Positions 60,206-60,294 of a stretch of 60,294 nucleotides of DNA are shown here, piece after piece; the stretch's first letter is position 1; every line of letters starts with the position of its first letter. Origin of the DNA: an uncultured Gammaproteobacteria bacterium (lineage in GTDB: Bacteria; Pseudomonadota; Gammaproteobacteria; Arenicellales; CAJQKF01); NCBI GenBank assembly GCA_965652415.1, contig CBFGVH010000005.1, positions 1 to 60,294 on the forward strand, read 5' to 3'. The position numbers were made by a program, and so were the translations under genes. Under the pieces are notes generated by a model that was not told the origin of the DNA, searched no databases, and saw only the letters and a program-made list of their open reading frames with translations.

Positions 60206-60294
60206 CCCTGGGGGAACGCGCCAATCGCCGCGCGAACCCGCGGCCATAAACGGAATTTGTGCACTGCAGCATATTCCATAAAAACATTCTGTGG

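Overview
GC-rich, gammaproteobacterial-type chromosome segment covering the replication-origin neighbourhood. The backbone is conserved housekeeping. On the minus strand: gyrB, dnaN and dnaA, the complete atpIBEFHAGDC operon, then glmU-glmS. On the plus strand: rpmH-rnpA-yidD-yidC-mnmE, diverging from dnaA. Around this lie central and envelope metabolism genes (icd-aceK, pgm-galE-rfbC, adk, pcm-like/tolC, mlaA, apaH-apaG). There are also several small accessory modules: a RES/Xre toxin-antitoxin pair beside a SWIM-SNF2 helicase, a Zur-box-controlled ZrgA/ABC/DUF3299 zinc-uptake operon, an MFS-CHAD-ParA cluster, an OMP85/dual-specificity-phosphatase/secreted-hydratase operon, and an encapsulated-ferritin-like gene followed by a small RIO/Bud32-like kinase. 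No rRNA, tRNA, CRISPR array, transposase or integrase was recognised. The non-coding signals I consider real are listed below.
- Two perfect palindromic parS sites sit in a 409-bp gyrB-dnaN spacer where recF would normally be.
- A DnaA-box cluster with a sharply AT-rich patch lies in the dnaA-dnaN spacer, making it a candidate oriC.
- A Zur box sits in front of zrgA.
- A ~160-bp palindromic, MITE-like or structured-RNA element lies inside the zinc operon.
- A 24-bp-stem inverted repeat lies between apaG and gyrB.
The candidates for undescribed biology I rank highest are two. The first is the translationally coupled CHAD + orphan ParA pair, a possible polyphosphate-granule positioning module. 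The second is the shell-less EncFtn-like ferritin paired with an atypical kinase. Many long ORFs in the six-frame track are high-GC shadow frames, and several true genes needed 5' trimming. All family calls come from motif recognition by eye, not from searches.
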